Shown here: positions 50,197 through 63,488 of the stretch, piece by piece
Numbering within the stretch: position 1 is the stretch's first letter
Layout of the letters: every line of letters starts with the position of its first letter
Source of the DNA: Azolla caroliniana
Lineage: Eukaryota > Plantae > Polypodiophyta
Assembly (NCBI GenBank): GCA_043228905.1
Contig: JBHGNT010000014.1
Coordinates: 5,518,001-5,582,000 of the forward strand
DNA length: 64,000 nt
Direction: 5' to 3'
The notes under the pieces: generated by a model
Told to the model about the DNA's origin: nothing
The model's database searches: none
The model's input: the letters and a program-made list of their open reading frames with translations, nothing else
Made by a program: the position numbers and the translations under genes

Positions 50197-51705
50197 CTAG
50201 AATTGTGTTCACAACAACATAATGATTGAAGTACATGATAAAACAAAAATAATAAATAGATGGATAGGAAATACATACACCATAATTTAGTCAAATACAA
50301 TATATTGAAAAATATCACGAATTGTTCACTAAATGCTCACAAATATACCAGCATTGTTTAATTCTTTGAATTTGCCATCTATCAGGTGGTGAAAGATGTA
50401 TATACATCTATATTATATAGATATTAAAAAACCTTTCTCCACCAGCCAAAAAATGATTGGTGTTTCATATCTTGACATATTCAGTTTAGCCTTTGAGGAT
50501 CAGTATAATGTATGAATTTGTATTCCATATCGTGCACATGTTCTTGAACAATAAGCTTCTTGCATACAAGGTAAATGCCTTGCATAGTGATAGGACTCAG
50601 AAAAGTTCTGCATCAATGGGGGCTAGACTTCTGTCACTCGATCCATGTAGGACGTAGCTTGCTGCTAACAGCTTTTGAGTTCAAAGTGGAGAATGAGGAA
50701 ATTGATCCAGTTGAAATAAATAACTGCATTGAGCTAAATTGATAGATGGTAAAGGGGACAAATTATGTTACAATAGAGGATGTTTAGACACGGGCAATAG
50801 AGAGAGATCTGGAATTAGGAGACGAGCCAGGAATTGTGGCTATAGCATTCAAAGAGGATGAACAATGCAGCATAAATGCTAAAGGTGTTTTAAGTCTACT
50901 TTTGCAGTAGAACAATGGTTTCTGCATGTCCCAACAAGTGCATAAATGTTAATTCATGCATTAGATTGTGGATCATTGGCTAAAGACAATAGAGGTCAAG
51001 TAGGATTAGAAAAGAAATGACTATCTTCACACAAAGGACACATAAGAACACAACCACCCTATGAATGTCTTGCGATAAAGGTTTATGATGCAAACACAAG
51101 CAGCGTATTCTTTTGGCTTTGGGAGACAAGCCATTTTTTCTTTTGAGGATAGAATTGGTGAATATGGTAGAATATACCAACGGTTCCATAGTATGTTCCC
51201 TTCTACAGGTTTTGATGCCAAGCTACGGCGATATATTATGCGTTGCCATTTTCCATGATCATATAAATATCGTGCATTATTATAAATATGCTCTAGTACT
51301 TCTACCAACCCATTAAGTCAGACTTATATACTGTAGCCAATGCAAATCTGTTAAGTGAATCTTCTGATGTGAAAATTCTATATTTTGAGTTTTTTGGTCT
51401 CAACATAAACCCTGAACATCTGAAATGAGACTCGTTTATATGAAATGCTTAACCTCTCCTGTTTTTCTCACCATTAAAACTTCTGGTATGTAGCATAACT
51501 CAGGCAATATAACAATGTAATGAACCAATCAATAAATAAAGTAGCAAGTAAAATTATACATGATTAAACCACTCCAGGCATACATAAAAGGAAGCAAAAG
51601 ACACTGAGGCATAAAATTATGTTTTACGGAGTTTTCCAAGATGTCACATCAAAAGGTTTCAGAACAAAAGCCAACTGAGAATGCTTTTAATAAAACAAGC
51701 TATAC

Positions 51706-51811
51706 CTTGTCTCTCATTTTTCTATTAGACAATGTTTCAATTTCCTTTTGAATTATTGGAGGTGTCTCTCTTCTTTCATCATTTTTTGCTGGAACTGCAT
51801 TTTCCATTTTT
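51706..51811 (-). other. Possible upstream exon of WDR63
   Basis: TTTTGCAG acceptor and AAG|GTATA donor, open frame; could not be phase-linked to downstream exons. Confidence 0.35.
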
Positions 51812-53323
51812 CCTGCAAAATAATGAATATTTTCAAAATTCTGTTGAATTTGGTTCTAAAATTTTGTTGATTTACAAATTTCCATTCAATAAAATTTTGA
51901 TAGATATCATGACGAAAGGATTCATGTCAGAAAAACATTTAAAGATCACAGCATTCACGATATTGCATTTATCATCCACTGCAATGCATTGCAATCCAAA
52001 ACTGTTAATAAAATAGTTACCAATATCTCTAAGTAGTATCATAATGAATATGAGTGCAAGGAGAGACAGGAGAGACCAAGAACGGCTAATTGGCACTATA
52101 GATTCTAGTTGTAAACAAAAGAAAAGAAAGAAATAGATTTTCACGTTTCTTTAAGTTACACTGCAAAAACAGCCTGTAAGACCAATCAAGAGGTTACATC
52201 TGGAAAATGTTGCCTCCTTTTCAAGAGCATTTGGCTAAAGGTATATATAATATAAAGGTAAAGAGGGATGTTTGAGGGCGCAGCTATTGATTGATGGCGT
52301 TCAGTAAACAAGACTGTAGTAGAGATGAGAGTAGAGACACAGATTTTTGGTGTACCCAACCGCCTTGATTGGTACACAAGAAAAAAAGGTTATTATATTA
52401 GTTAACCCTACAAAGAAAGAGGTGTGTTCACATTACAAAAGGAGGTGTCCTGTCCAGGTGAACAATGTGTTCACATATACGAATAATTACCTAATTTGTG
52501 AACTACGGGCCTTTACACCTAACATAATATACACCCAGATATTTGATTCTCTTCAGAGAGCCATGTCACCAAAATGACGAAATCTTGTCAAAAAGGACAA
52601 TCTGATTATCAATTATATCAATTGTCATTACAAGAGCCTTACGCTTGGGTGACGTTCAGATTGAGCATATAATTTTTGGCACACATCCACTTCAGGCTCA
52701 AGCTTCGTACTGAACGCAGTTTCAAGACCTATTGTTTTGGTAAATGTGGCATTGTAAGGCTGTACTTTTGTATTAAAATAGAAGCATATGATTGTGTACT
52801 GTGCTTCTTGCCATAGGAAAATGTAGTCTATCAGTATCCAACTCTTGAAAACCCCGAATTGGTACTCATCCGGTACGACATCATAGCTACATTACCCATT
52901 GCTAAGATTATATTATAGAGAATATATACCATAGCAGGGAAAATCTTCACCACTTGTGTGCAATAGGAGACCTCGATTTCACAAGATTCTATGTGCCCAA
53001 GATAACAGGAGGGTAGATTGTCACAAGCATTCAACATATCGTTCCAACCCATTTCTTATTGGTCCAGCAGATGCAAGCTCACAAAAATTACTCATATAAG
53101 AAAATGGCTTAAACTAGCACATTCAATATATATACGATGTATTGTTTGACATAAGTACTTAACTGAATGAGATGTGTTTAGAAGTCACTTAACCCACAAA
53201 GAAACAAATAGAAATGACTTCCCAAGAAGATTTAGAAAAATATGGGGAAACTTCAAAACATTGTTCGATGAAAAATAGGAGATAATGCCAAAGTAAAATT
53301 CTCATGACCAAATTTCTTTACCA

Positions 53324-53560
53324 TTGAGAAGAATTACAACAAACATGGTCAGAATTTTATAGATAGTATAGAAACAATACTTCTTTAAAGGAGTACTGCT
53401 AACATAGAAAGAACGAAAGAAAGATATATTAACATATATTAAGAGGCTTGAGAAGAATTACAACAAACATGGTCAGAATTGTATAGATAGTATAGAAACA
53501 ATACTTCTTTAAAGGAGTACTGCTAACATAGAAAGAACGAAAGAAAGATATATTAACATA
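53324..53560. repeat. Tandem duplication, ~124-bp unit
   Basis: TTGAGAAGAATTACAACAAACATGGTCAGAA at ~53324 and ~53448, nearly identical. Confidence 0.88.
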
Positions 53561-54479
53561 TTTTAAGAGGCCAAAATGGCCTATAAGCCCAGATAAGAGA
53601 TTACATCTTAAGTGTTGTCTCCTCTTTGAGAACAACAAATCAAAATAAAAAAACTCTTACTCAGTAAATAAGATAAAAAGAGATGAAAGAAACTGGTTTA
53701 CAGCACATGTGAGATTCTCAAGTTAGATATATTAACATCTTTTTAGATGCCAAAATGGCCTATAAATCCGAACAAGAGATTACATCTTAAAATGTTGTCC
53801 CGTTTTTGAGAATAAGAAACCAAAATATATTACTAAATATATTGTACTGAAGAATATATTTATCTAATAACTTTAGTTCTGAGTTTATATAGACTAAGAT
53901 TCTGCCTGCAAATATCTCCAACACGGTCAGCTCCAATATGAGAGATCTTCATAGAAAGGGATGCACCTTTAGTAGCAGTATGATAATGGCATTTATTTGT
54001 CGATGACAAGGGTGATGGGGCTGTGGAACAAACCAATGCAACCTACATGCATGACACATTGCTATTGCCCGATCTATCATACAACTCTTGATTTTTCAGG
54101 TTGAGTGTAGAGTTAGATTAGATTAGATATTTTATCCACCACAAAGAGGCCAATTTTGACCTATGAGACCAAATAAACATATCATTTTGTATGTGACTCT
54201 CTCCATAGAAGAGGGGGTTACTCCTCTGTAGTAAAAACACTCTATGTGAAAATAATGCATGCACATATGTTCTCTCCTTTATGGTGGACATTTGAGTATG
54301 AGACTTATTACACTTCTTACAAATTAGCTTACATGTTGAGACTGCCAGAAGTGAGTAATTTTCATCCTTCACCAGGCTTTCATTGTGTATCTCCATACTT
54401 GGATAGTGATGTCATGATGCTACCCTAGAACCGAACTTGTGTGAGTGAATTTGAAGAAATATTAAGGCTCTTCAATGGA

Positions 54480-55700
54480 GCTAAAGAAAGTCATAGTGGT
54501 TCTTTGTGGATGAGTTGTGGTTGTATTTTCACATTCAACAACATCACTTCATGTGTCCTGAATTCTAGCAAGAATAGTCCCAAGCATTGTTGTTCTCTGT
54601 GTTCCATTAAAATGCATAGCGGGTCAAAGCCTTGTTTGAAAAGGCGGTGGTATCTCCCTCTTATTTCACATGAAAACAAGACAACCGCAGGCATAGTGAT
54701 CTTCCAATTCTACACCCCAATGGCACAATCAGCAAATCCGTTCTTCCAAAGATTTGCAAGCATATATGCCTATCTGAATTTTTAACTGATGTGAAGAGTT
54801 GCTAAGCTGCCCTATCGCACTTCAGACGCATGGAATACATGTGTATTCATATAAGGGGGCTTGACTATAAATCCACCTTGCAGCATGTGGATCATTTGCA
54901 TACCAAGAGATGTTGGGCTGATCCATGTTCTTTCATCATCCAATTTAATGAAATTAGTTCCAATGACGCTATTTTTTCCACTTTGGTCATGTTCAAACAT
55001 GGCAATCCGAGCTATATTGGAAACAGGTGGTGTGTTCACAGTCATGTCATGCATCTAGAACCAAGCATTTCATTATTTATTCTTACATTGGTAAGAGATA
55101 TAGAAGCCTTTCTTGTAGAGGAAAAATGATAGAAATGTTTCTGCTAGGATTTCCTTCCTGATTCACAATAACAGCTATACATACAATGATTATATGTTCC
55201 GCAAGCTCTTTTGATGATGAAAGTGCCAATCTTGTGTACCTTTGCTTGGGGACCTTTGTAGTCCCTCTAGGGAGTAAGAAATCAACACAATGTCCTCGCC
55301 ATATAATAGTATCAATGTGGCTAACCTTGCTACGCAAGCTCATGAACCACACAATCTCATCTATATCTCACTTGAGGGATTACATATCTCATCATAAAGA
55401 CTAAAGCTAGTGGATGATATTGGGCATGAATACCATGAAGCTCACTTTTTTCCCTAGTTTCAAATTTCTCTTAATCCTCTACATGTGGAGACATCTATGC
55501 ACTCAATCAACAAGAATAACACAGATGATTGTCATCATTTTTAACTTTCAAGCTTAATATTTAAGTGTAGGGCATATTTAATATCTCAATCTCTTCCCTA
55601 AATGTGCTTGCAGACATCCCAAATATTTGTCTACTGCATCCTTGCCAAGGTATTCATACTCATTGCTCACCATTCCTTGCATCAAATATCAATGTAGATT
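54480..55700 (-). mobile_element. LINE ORF2 3' remnant (RTE/L2-like C-terminal Cys/His region)
   Basis: ERICRLC...EDHY.C.C..F.EIRGRY-like motif across frameshifts at ~54640-54750; TKVPKQRYTRLAL upstream. Confidence 0.55.
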
Positions 55701-57264
55701 CATGATGGGTAATTTCTCAAGATTCTAGACAAATCTCAGCAAATATGAATATAAGTTGAAGAAAAAAGACTATGGGAGAGAAGATTTAGAAGGGAGGGGG
55801 AGGCCAACATGTTTCATGCCTGGAAATAGGCTGGAAATTCAACTCTATATGGAATGCCATCTTCCATGTTTTTGCATATGATCCTTGCTGATTAGGGGCT
55901 TCTTCATCTGCATTTTTACATGCATAGTATCTTCCAGATCATCTCAAATTTGTGGTACTTGCTTATCTAGTGAATGTTTACCTATGTTTTTGCAATTAGT
56001 TGTCTTGTGAATTTCTACATATCCGAAAACATACTGAACTGGTCTTTGTTGTACTAAGTAATAATGATATCTCTTGAGTCCTGCTTATTAGCTTAGGGAA
56101 CTCACAGCCATGCTTATTAGTTTATCAAGGTCAAAGCCATGCTAATACTTTATGCGCCATTGTTCCAAGTGGAAAATTAATCGACCTACATTTCACACTA
56201 CAAATTTTGCTGATTAATAGTTTGTTACGACTCTGAGCCAAAGCTAAACAATTTCCACTCTCTGAGCCATTATAGTTTAAGTGGTGTGTGAATATCTTTT
56301 CAAATTAGGTAAGAGTTTAGGTCCATCACACCTTACACTCTTGGGTTCCAGGTGGGTAGAAGGAACTTCACAATTAGTCATAGAAGTGGAGACGAAAATG
56401 GGGTGATTATTTATGTGTTCGGTAGTTCTGTTGAGCTAGTTATTAATCTCAATCCTCTAGACATTCGAAGACTGTGCATAAATACGAAATTTGATTTACC
56501 TATGTGTTTGCTGTAATCATTCTTCTATAAATGGACAATATCTATATGTTAAAGGCAGATATATCTTTGCTGCTACTACAAAAGTTATTTCTTGTTATGA
56601 AATGTGCAAGGACGTGTTTTATCTCCAAGAGAACTACAGGAATAGCTTGACAAACAGCTTCTAGATATAAATTATACGAAATACTATAAGAGTATGAGGT
56701 AATAACTCGAGGATGAGAGGTTGGAATATTAAAGAGGGTCAAAGGTTTGTTGATATGTGAATCATTGATTCATATAAAGTTTAATATTATTCCATATGAG
56801 GATGAATCACTGATTCCTATAAGATTCATAACTAGGGCAATCATGAGAATCATTGATTCATAACAAATGAAGCTTTTATTTTCTATGTTTTTTTTACTTC
56901 TTTATGTTTGTTCATAACATAAGACCCTTTTGTTGTCCATATATTTTTCTCTCATTCGTGGATGGTAGTATCTCCCTATGAGCTAATGCTGTCACTGTCT
57001 TCAGCCATTCCTCTTAAGTTGGAATCCAAGGTTTATTGTATATTCCTGGTCACTGAGGATGAAGTGGTTTTTGCTCCATAAATCCAAGAAAACTGAGGAA
57101 AGAAGGTTAAGAACGGATTGCTTTAATTCTAGGGGATTAAAGCGGCGGTGATTGTGGCCAAAAGCTTTACAGATGGCTCCAAATGGTGTCTATTTATGCG
57201 GCGGAAGAAATAGAACAATGCTGTCAGTAGAAACCAGATCATGCAAACACATAAACACACATAA

Positions 57265-57267
<3 letters not shown>

Positions 57268-57306
<39 letters not shown>

Positions 57307-57418
57307 CATACCTTCACTCTTTCTTCTCTGCGTTTCAATTGAAGAGTCCTTTGAGGTCTTGAGGCAGACACAGACGGAGAGAGGCAGGCAGGCAGAAACA
57401 GAGTTCTTGGCTGGTGGT

Positions 57419-57461
<43 letters not shown>

Positions 57462-57511
57462 CTTGGGTGGCTCTCGCCCGAACAGTGTGAAATCGTCACC
57501 GACCGAACACA

Positions 57512-57550
<39 letters not shown>

Positions 57551-57680
57551 TTTGCCTGCTCTGTCTAACACGAGGGAAACTTACCAGGTCTACTAAGACA
57601 TAGTAAGGATTGACAGATTCAGAGCTCTCTCTGCAGACTGCCTCTACCCACAAGTAAGTAAGTAAGTAAGTAAGTAAGTA
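57268..57680 (-). promoter_or_regulatory. Probable promoter/5'UTR region of WDR63 with GA/CT microsatellites and splice donors
   Basis: (GA)n at ~57268-57303 and 57422-57457, (CT)n 57515-57547, (TAAG)n ~57652-57678; donors AAG|GTATGC near 57311 and TG|GTAAGT near 57584 on the minus strand. Confidence 0.4.
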
Positions 57681-57820
57681 CACATTTCGAGAGCTCGATC
57701 CCGACTTTCGCTCTCCACCACCCACCCGTCTGTACTTGAAACCAGTGTCGTGATGCTACGAGCTCACCAGAGAACACATGTCAAACTTATGGCATGTGTA
57801 AGGTTGAAAGGGATCAAGGC

Positions 57821-58447
57821 TAGCAATCGCCAACAGTTCGGTTCGGTTCGAGAGTGCCCACTGTCAAACTCAACCCGTTTTAAACCGAACCGTTTTAAAA
57901 AAGTTGAAACGTAAATCGAACCAAACCTCAAAACCTTCCAAACCATAATCATTACAAATGATCCAAACAGTTAAAACTGCGGTTTCGCGGTTCAGTTTCG
58001 GTTTTCAAGTTAGGTCAATTTTCAAATTTTCAAATTTCAATTAGAATTTTTTAAAGTATTGTGAAATGTACATAGAGAGCATCCAAACCAGTCTGTCTTG
58101 CTCCTTACTTCCTGCTTAATTTATAGTTGATACAAAGATACCCATTTGGGTTGGTTTGGCTACCAACTAATGCATGCATACATCATTACATGCAGCATGA
58201 AGGCGTGTGCTTGCCAAAAAGGTAGCATAAAGGTACACCATAGTATTAAAGAATTTTCTTAAAATGTCTGGATTAGGCTTAAAAATAAAAAATGTTGTCC
58301 AAAAATATATTTAAGAAAATAATCAAGTGGCAACCCTAAACCGTCAAACCATTTAAACCAAACTGAACCATCGACCTCCCAAACCGAACTGTTAAGCCAC
58401 AGTTTTGCGGTTTGGTTTGGTTCAAACCAAACTGTTGTCAATTGCTA
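57821..58447. mobile_element. MITE (hAT-like) with AACCG subterminal repeats
   Basis: TIRs TAGCAATCGCCAACAGTTCGGTTCG ... CAAACCAAACTGTTGTCAATTGCTA; TSD not clear. Confidence 0.75.
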
Positions 58448-59257
58448 ATTAGTGGCAGGACATGAGTGTAGGATGAAGTTTAAGACAACAAATGGTTGTA
58501 GCTCAATTCGTAAGAGTTTATTTGCTAGAACAATAATGTAAAGAAATGAGGAGGCAAGAGTGGTTGTAATGCAACGGAAGATGAGTGCGTGTTTGTGTCT
58601 CAAGACAGAGTGAGAGTGAGTGAGAGAGAGAGCTATAAGTCAGAGATGGAAAAACTGTATATTAACCAAAAATTACATCAAAGCAAAAGACATCCAACAA
58701 CAACTAAGTTACAAGGGGTTGGTTTAAATACCAACTGAGCTAGGGCAAGTCCCCTTTCTACTATTTACAAAACTAGCCTGGTATGTCCATGAGTTAGTGT
58801 GAAACCTAGCTATGGGAAGTTGAGTTCAATTCTCAACACACTCCTTCGAACACAACTTCCATCTGTCGAAAAGTTGTTTCGGTCTTCAGAGTACTTCAAT
58901 TTAAGGAATCAGATTCCAACTTTATTGCTTTACGCTTCTTATTGCGTGTTACGTAGTCTAGCCGTGCTGCGTGCTCCCCCTCAAGCTCGGCAATGTAGAT
59001 GTTGTGAGACCAAGGTCCGATGCAATTTGCCCAAGCTTGTCGACGCCTAGAGCTTTCGTGAAAATATCAGCAACCTAGAGGTGTGTACTGATGTGTTGTA
59101 GGTCGATCTCTCCGACCTGTACGAGCTCGCGGATGAAGTGGTAGTGGACCTCGATATGCTTAGTCTGCACGTGGAATACGAGATTCCGCGCTAGGTAGAT
59201 GTTGCTCATGTTGTCACAGTATAGGCGAATCGGATCCTTGATGGGTACGCCTAGATT

Positions 59258-60075
59258 CTTATCGGTTTCTGTTTATGTGGTTCGATTTAAAGGTTTATAG
59301 GTTAAAAAATACTCATAAATATTCTCTATAGGCTCTAACTTTCAACTTTTAATTTTAAACTATTGTTTTAACTTATTAAATTTTATATGTATTATATGTA
59401 GAGTCTCCTTTTCATTTATGATGATCAATTATGATAAGTATGATGATCAAATTTATGATAAGTATAATGATCAAATTTATGATTAGTATGATGATCAAAT
59501 TTATGATAAGTATGATGATCAAATTTATGATTAGTATGATGATCAAATTTATGATAAGTATGATGATCAAATTTATGATTAGTATGATGATCAAATTTTA
59601 TGATGAGTATGATGACAAAATTTATGATGATTTTCTCACACAAATTTATAATAAGTATGATGATCAAATTTATGATAAGTATGATGACAAAATTTATGAT
59701 GAGTATGATGACAAAATTTATGATAAGTATGATGACAAAATTTATGATGAGTATGATGACAAAATTTATGATGATTTTCTCACACAAATTTATAATAAGT
59801 ATGATGATCAAATTTATGATAAGTATGATGACAAAATTTATGATGAGTATGATGACAAAATTTATGATGATTTTCTCACACAAATTTATAATAAGTATGA
59901 TGATTAATATCAATAAAAAATGGTTTGCTTTTGATTTATGATAAACTGGTTTAGTTTAAATGGCTTCATAAATTTTAAAACAGTTTGGTTTGGTTTTTAT
60001 TATTAATAAATAGTTTGGTTTGATTTCAAGGCCAAGAAACCGAACCGAACCGAAACCGAACCGGGCCCATTGCTA
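59258..60075. mobile_element. MITE of the TAGCAAT/AACCG family containing a minisatellite; left end missing
   Basis: Right end CCGAACCGGGCCCATTGCTA; interrupts the Copia RT/RH junction. Confidence 0.65.
59415..59904. repeat. AT-rich 24-25-bp minisatellite with higher-order structure
   Basis: ATGATGA(T/C)(C/A)AAATTTATGAT(A/T/G)AGT units; variant unit TTTTCTCACACAAATTTATA three times. Confidence 0.92.
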
Positions 60076-61582
60076 TACATAACGTCGTAGTCCATTGTCG
60101 TACTAACATACCGAAGTATCCTCTTAGCGTAGTCCAGATGAAGATTTTTGTGGATTCTGCATAAATTGGCTAAGTAGGCCGACCGAATAACTGAGGTCGA
60201 GTTGCGTAATGGTCAGATAGATCAAACTACCGATCAATTGTCGATACTGAGTCGGCTCGCTCTCAACGGTTCCGGAATTGGCATCGATCTTGAGATTACG
60301 ATCAAGAGGGGTAGACATAGGCTTGCACTTGGTCATTTCGAACTTGTAGAGTAAGTTGAGAATGTAGTGCCGTTGAGAGAACATTATTCCGACTAGTGTC
60401 CGAATTACTTCAATACCTAGGAAGTAATGGATCTTGTGTAAGTCTTTCATTTCGAATCTGCCAGAAAGAAGTGATTTGACTTTGTTAATATTGGCGAGAT
60501 CCTTCCCTCTGATAACCAAATCATCCACGTATAGGATGATGATGATTAGGCTATCCGACTCGTTTCGGATGTACAGAGAGGTGTCAGTTTTTGACATCCT
60601 AAATCCGACTTGGTGAAGATACTGCGTGATCTTCGAGTGCCAAGCACGCGGTGCGTGTTTGAGGCCGTAGAGTGGCTTCTTGAGTTGGCATATGGCGAGT
60701 GGATGCTTATGCAATTCGAATCCGGGTGGTTGTATCATGTACACCTCTTCTTCTAACTCTCCTTGGAGGAAAGCATTTTTCATGTCCATCTGGTGGAGGT
60801 GCCATCCCTTCGCTGCGGCGAGTGCAATTACTGTCCGTATAGTTGTCATCTTTGCCACCGAGGCAAAGGTTTCTTCATAGTCTATGCCGTACGTTTGCAC
60901 GTAGCCTTTTGCAACGAGTCGTGCTTTGAAGCGATTTATGGATTCATCGGCATTGTATTTTACTTTGTATATCCATCTACAACCAATCGCTTTCTTCTTC
61001 GGGGGGAGAGGAACGAGATCCCATGTCTCATTTTTGCATAAAGCTTCCATCTCCACATTCATTCTGTCGACCCATCGCGGATCCTTTGCGGCTTCGGAAA
61101 GCGTTTCCGGTTCCTGTACTGACGCTACTTTCATCATAAAAGCATAGTGATACGCCATGTACTCGTCGTAGCCATAACAGTTTACGGGGTTCTTCTCTCG
61201 AGTGGACCAGCGTAGCTTTTTGTTCGCAGATTCTAAAGCTTTCTTCATGCCATCTGTCCCAGTGTCAAGGCCTTCGAACTCAGTATCAAGGGAGTGGGTC
61301 GATTCGAATTCGAACTGATCTTCATATTCCCGCATTTTCGCCTTCCCTTTGTCTAGCTTCGGACTCGGCCGAGATGTGCTTTCATCGCTCGGCGGCTCTG
61401 ATGGCCCACTCAGCTGTGTCATAATTGGGCAGTCTTCTAACATCTACATGAGCCGATCCTCAACTTCTATTTCTATTTCGGTGTCATCTACGTCGAGCGG
61501 GGTTGGAGTCGAAGTATTCACTGGTGCGTACCAGGATGTGTATTTGTCGAAGACTACGTCTCGACTTGTTCGATCCTTACGG

Positions 61583-62154
61583 TGTCGTGAAGAAAACCGA
61601 CCATAGGTGGATTCGGGCAAAAAGGCGCATGAACCGGCTCTTACACGGATGGACGCATGAATTGATATTTTGATATTGATTCATAAATGGATGAACTGTT
61701 GTAAATACTAAGTAGTGCAAATTTATTAGGAGGGATTGTGCGTATCTCTGTTAGAAGGGACAGGGAATAAAGCGATTTGACTAGGGAAAGGGGCACCCCT
61801 TTTTGGGAACTATTTAAGGAGAGGAGAGAAGGAAGAGGGGAGGATCGCACGTTAAGGAGGACGAAGTGCTGGAGGACCGAGGGCCGAACTCTCTCTCCTC
61901 CTCCGACCGTCATTCTCTGTGGGTGCGAGGGAGTTTGACGCCTCTGCTTTGTGGGTAGCCCGTGTGCTGCCAGCAGAGGCTTTTCCTTCTGCGTTTCTCT
62001 GGGTCCAGTGTGTTCCGTCTATGTACGCGAGTAGGGTTCCCGTGTCGGGTCCATCGCCGCCTTGCTGGTTGTAACCGTCAGAGTTTGTAAGCTCTTGTTA
62101 TTGTAATCAAGTGTTCCGTTCTATATCTCTCCTTCTCGCTTCTGCGTGTCTGTG

Positions 62155-62191
<37 letters not shown>

Positions 62192-62251
62192 CCTCGGTCC
62201 AAGACCCCCGTGGTCCCGCCCTTCTACGCGCACGCGCGTAACAACACGACA
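61583..62251 (+). mobile_element. Solo LTR of Gypsy family A
   Basis: Reverse complement of the A1 LTRs; TGTCGTG...CACGACA; flanked by ACGG on both sides. Confidence 0.9.
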
Positions 62252-63488
62252 ACGGGTAGATGGGTTGTAGCATTTGTACCCCTTCTGTTCGAGTGAGTAT
62301 CCTACGAGGATACATTTCTCCGACTTTGGGTCAAGCTTTTGCTGCGTATCGTCGGGAATATGTACATAGGCGATAGAACCGAAAATGCGGACATGTGACA
62401 AGTCCGACTTCTTTCTGAAGAACTTCTCATGCGGAGTTATATCGTGTACTCCCGAGGTTGTGCACCTGTTCATGAGATATACGACCGTATTTACTGCTTC
62501 TGCCCAATATGATTTCGGTAGGTTCTTCTGGTTCATCATGGCGCGTGCTGGTTCTACTACATGGTGATTTTTACACTCTGCTACGTCGTTTTGCTTAGGC
62601 GTGTGTCAACACGAGATTCCTTCTTTTCGGAGATACGCCGTAAACACATTCGAAAAATATTCTTTGCCTCCATCTAATAGAAGACAACGTATATGCCGAC
62701 CCATAGTTTTTTCGACTTCAGCCTTGAATGTCTAGAAGTGCCTGAACACTTCACTCTTCTGCTTCATCGGATAGATCCAGGTGTTCCTGGAGAAGTCGTC
62801 GATGAATGTGACATAGTATCGGCACCCGTGGAATGTTATTGTTTGGGTTGGTCCCCACACATCTGAATGTACGACATCTAGGATTCCTTTGCTCACATTC
62901 CGCTCTTTAGGGAATGGGTGATGGTGTTGCTTTCCGAACTAACATGCTTCGCATACGCTTGTAATCTCCTTCGCCGTAAAGTTCGGGAGTCTGATTACGA
63001 CTCCTTTCAATTGCATGTTCTAGAGTTTTTTGATGTGGCCGATTCTCTTGTGCCACAATTTCAAGTCGGTTTCGACTTTCTGGCCCTTTGCAAACATGGC
63101 CGACTTTACCTCGTTCGATTCGAGGATGAATATACGGCCTTCACGACGGCTGTGAGCTATGACTTGATCGCCTTTTACGATGACGCACCCATCGTTGTTG
63201 AAGCATACTTCCATTCCTTGTTCGATAGTCTGGCCAACTGAGACCAGGTTTTTCGTAATAGTGGGAACCTGCAACACGTTCTTGAGTTAGGTCCGTTTGC
63301 CGTCGTTTCCGAATGGGACGTTCCCAATATGATGTATTGGGTGAGTTGTGTCATCATAGTAAAAAATGCTTGATCAGGCAACCACGCGCTTTGATACCAT
63401 GTAAAGAAATGAGGAGGCAAGAGTGGTTGTAATGCAATGGAAGATGAGTGTGTGTCTCAAGACAGAGTGAGAGAGAGTGAGAGAGATA

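Larger units (their letters stand above)
58537..63488 (-). mobile_element. Degenerate Copia element lacking gag, with nested MITE and solo LTR
   Basis: 3' LTR 58537-58838 and truncated 5' LTR 63400-63488 (both begin TGTAAAGAAATGAGG on +); Met-like PBS 63388-63399; RH 58990-59255; RT 60124-61443 (YVDD); INT 62256-63100. Confidence 0.85.

Noticed and set aside
52400-53050. Additional gene or organellar insert
   Set aside because: Only weak LINE-like peptide hints; nothing supportable by eye.
59412-59941. Ile/Met-rich or YDD-repeat proteins
   Set aside because: Translations of a minisatellite on both strands.
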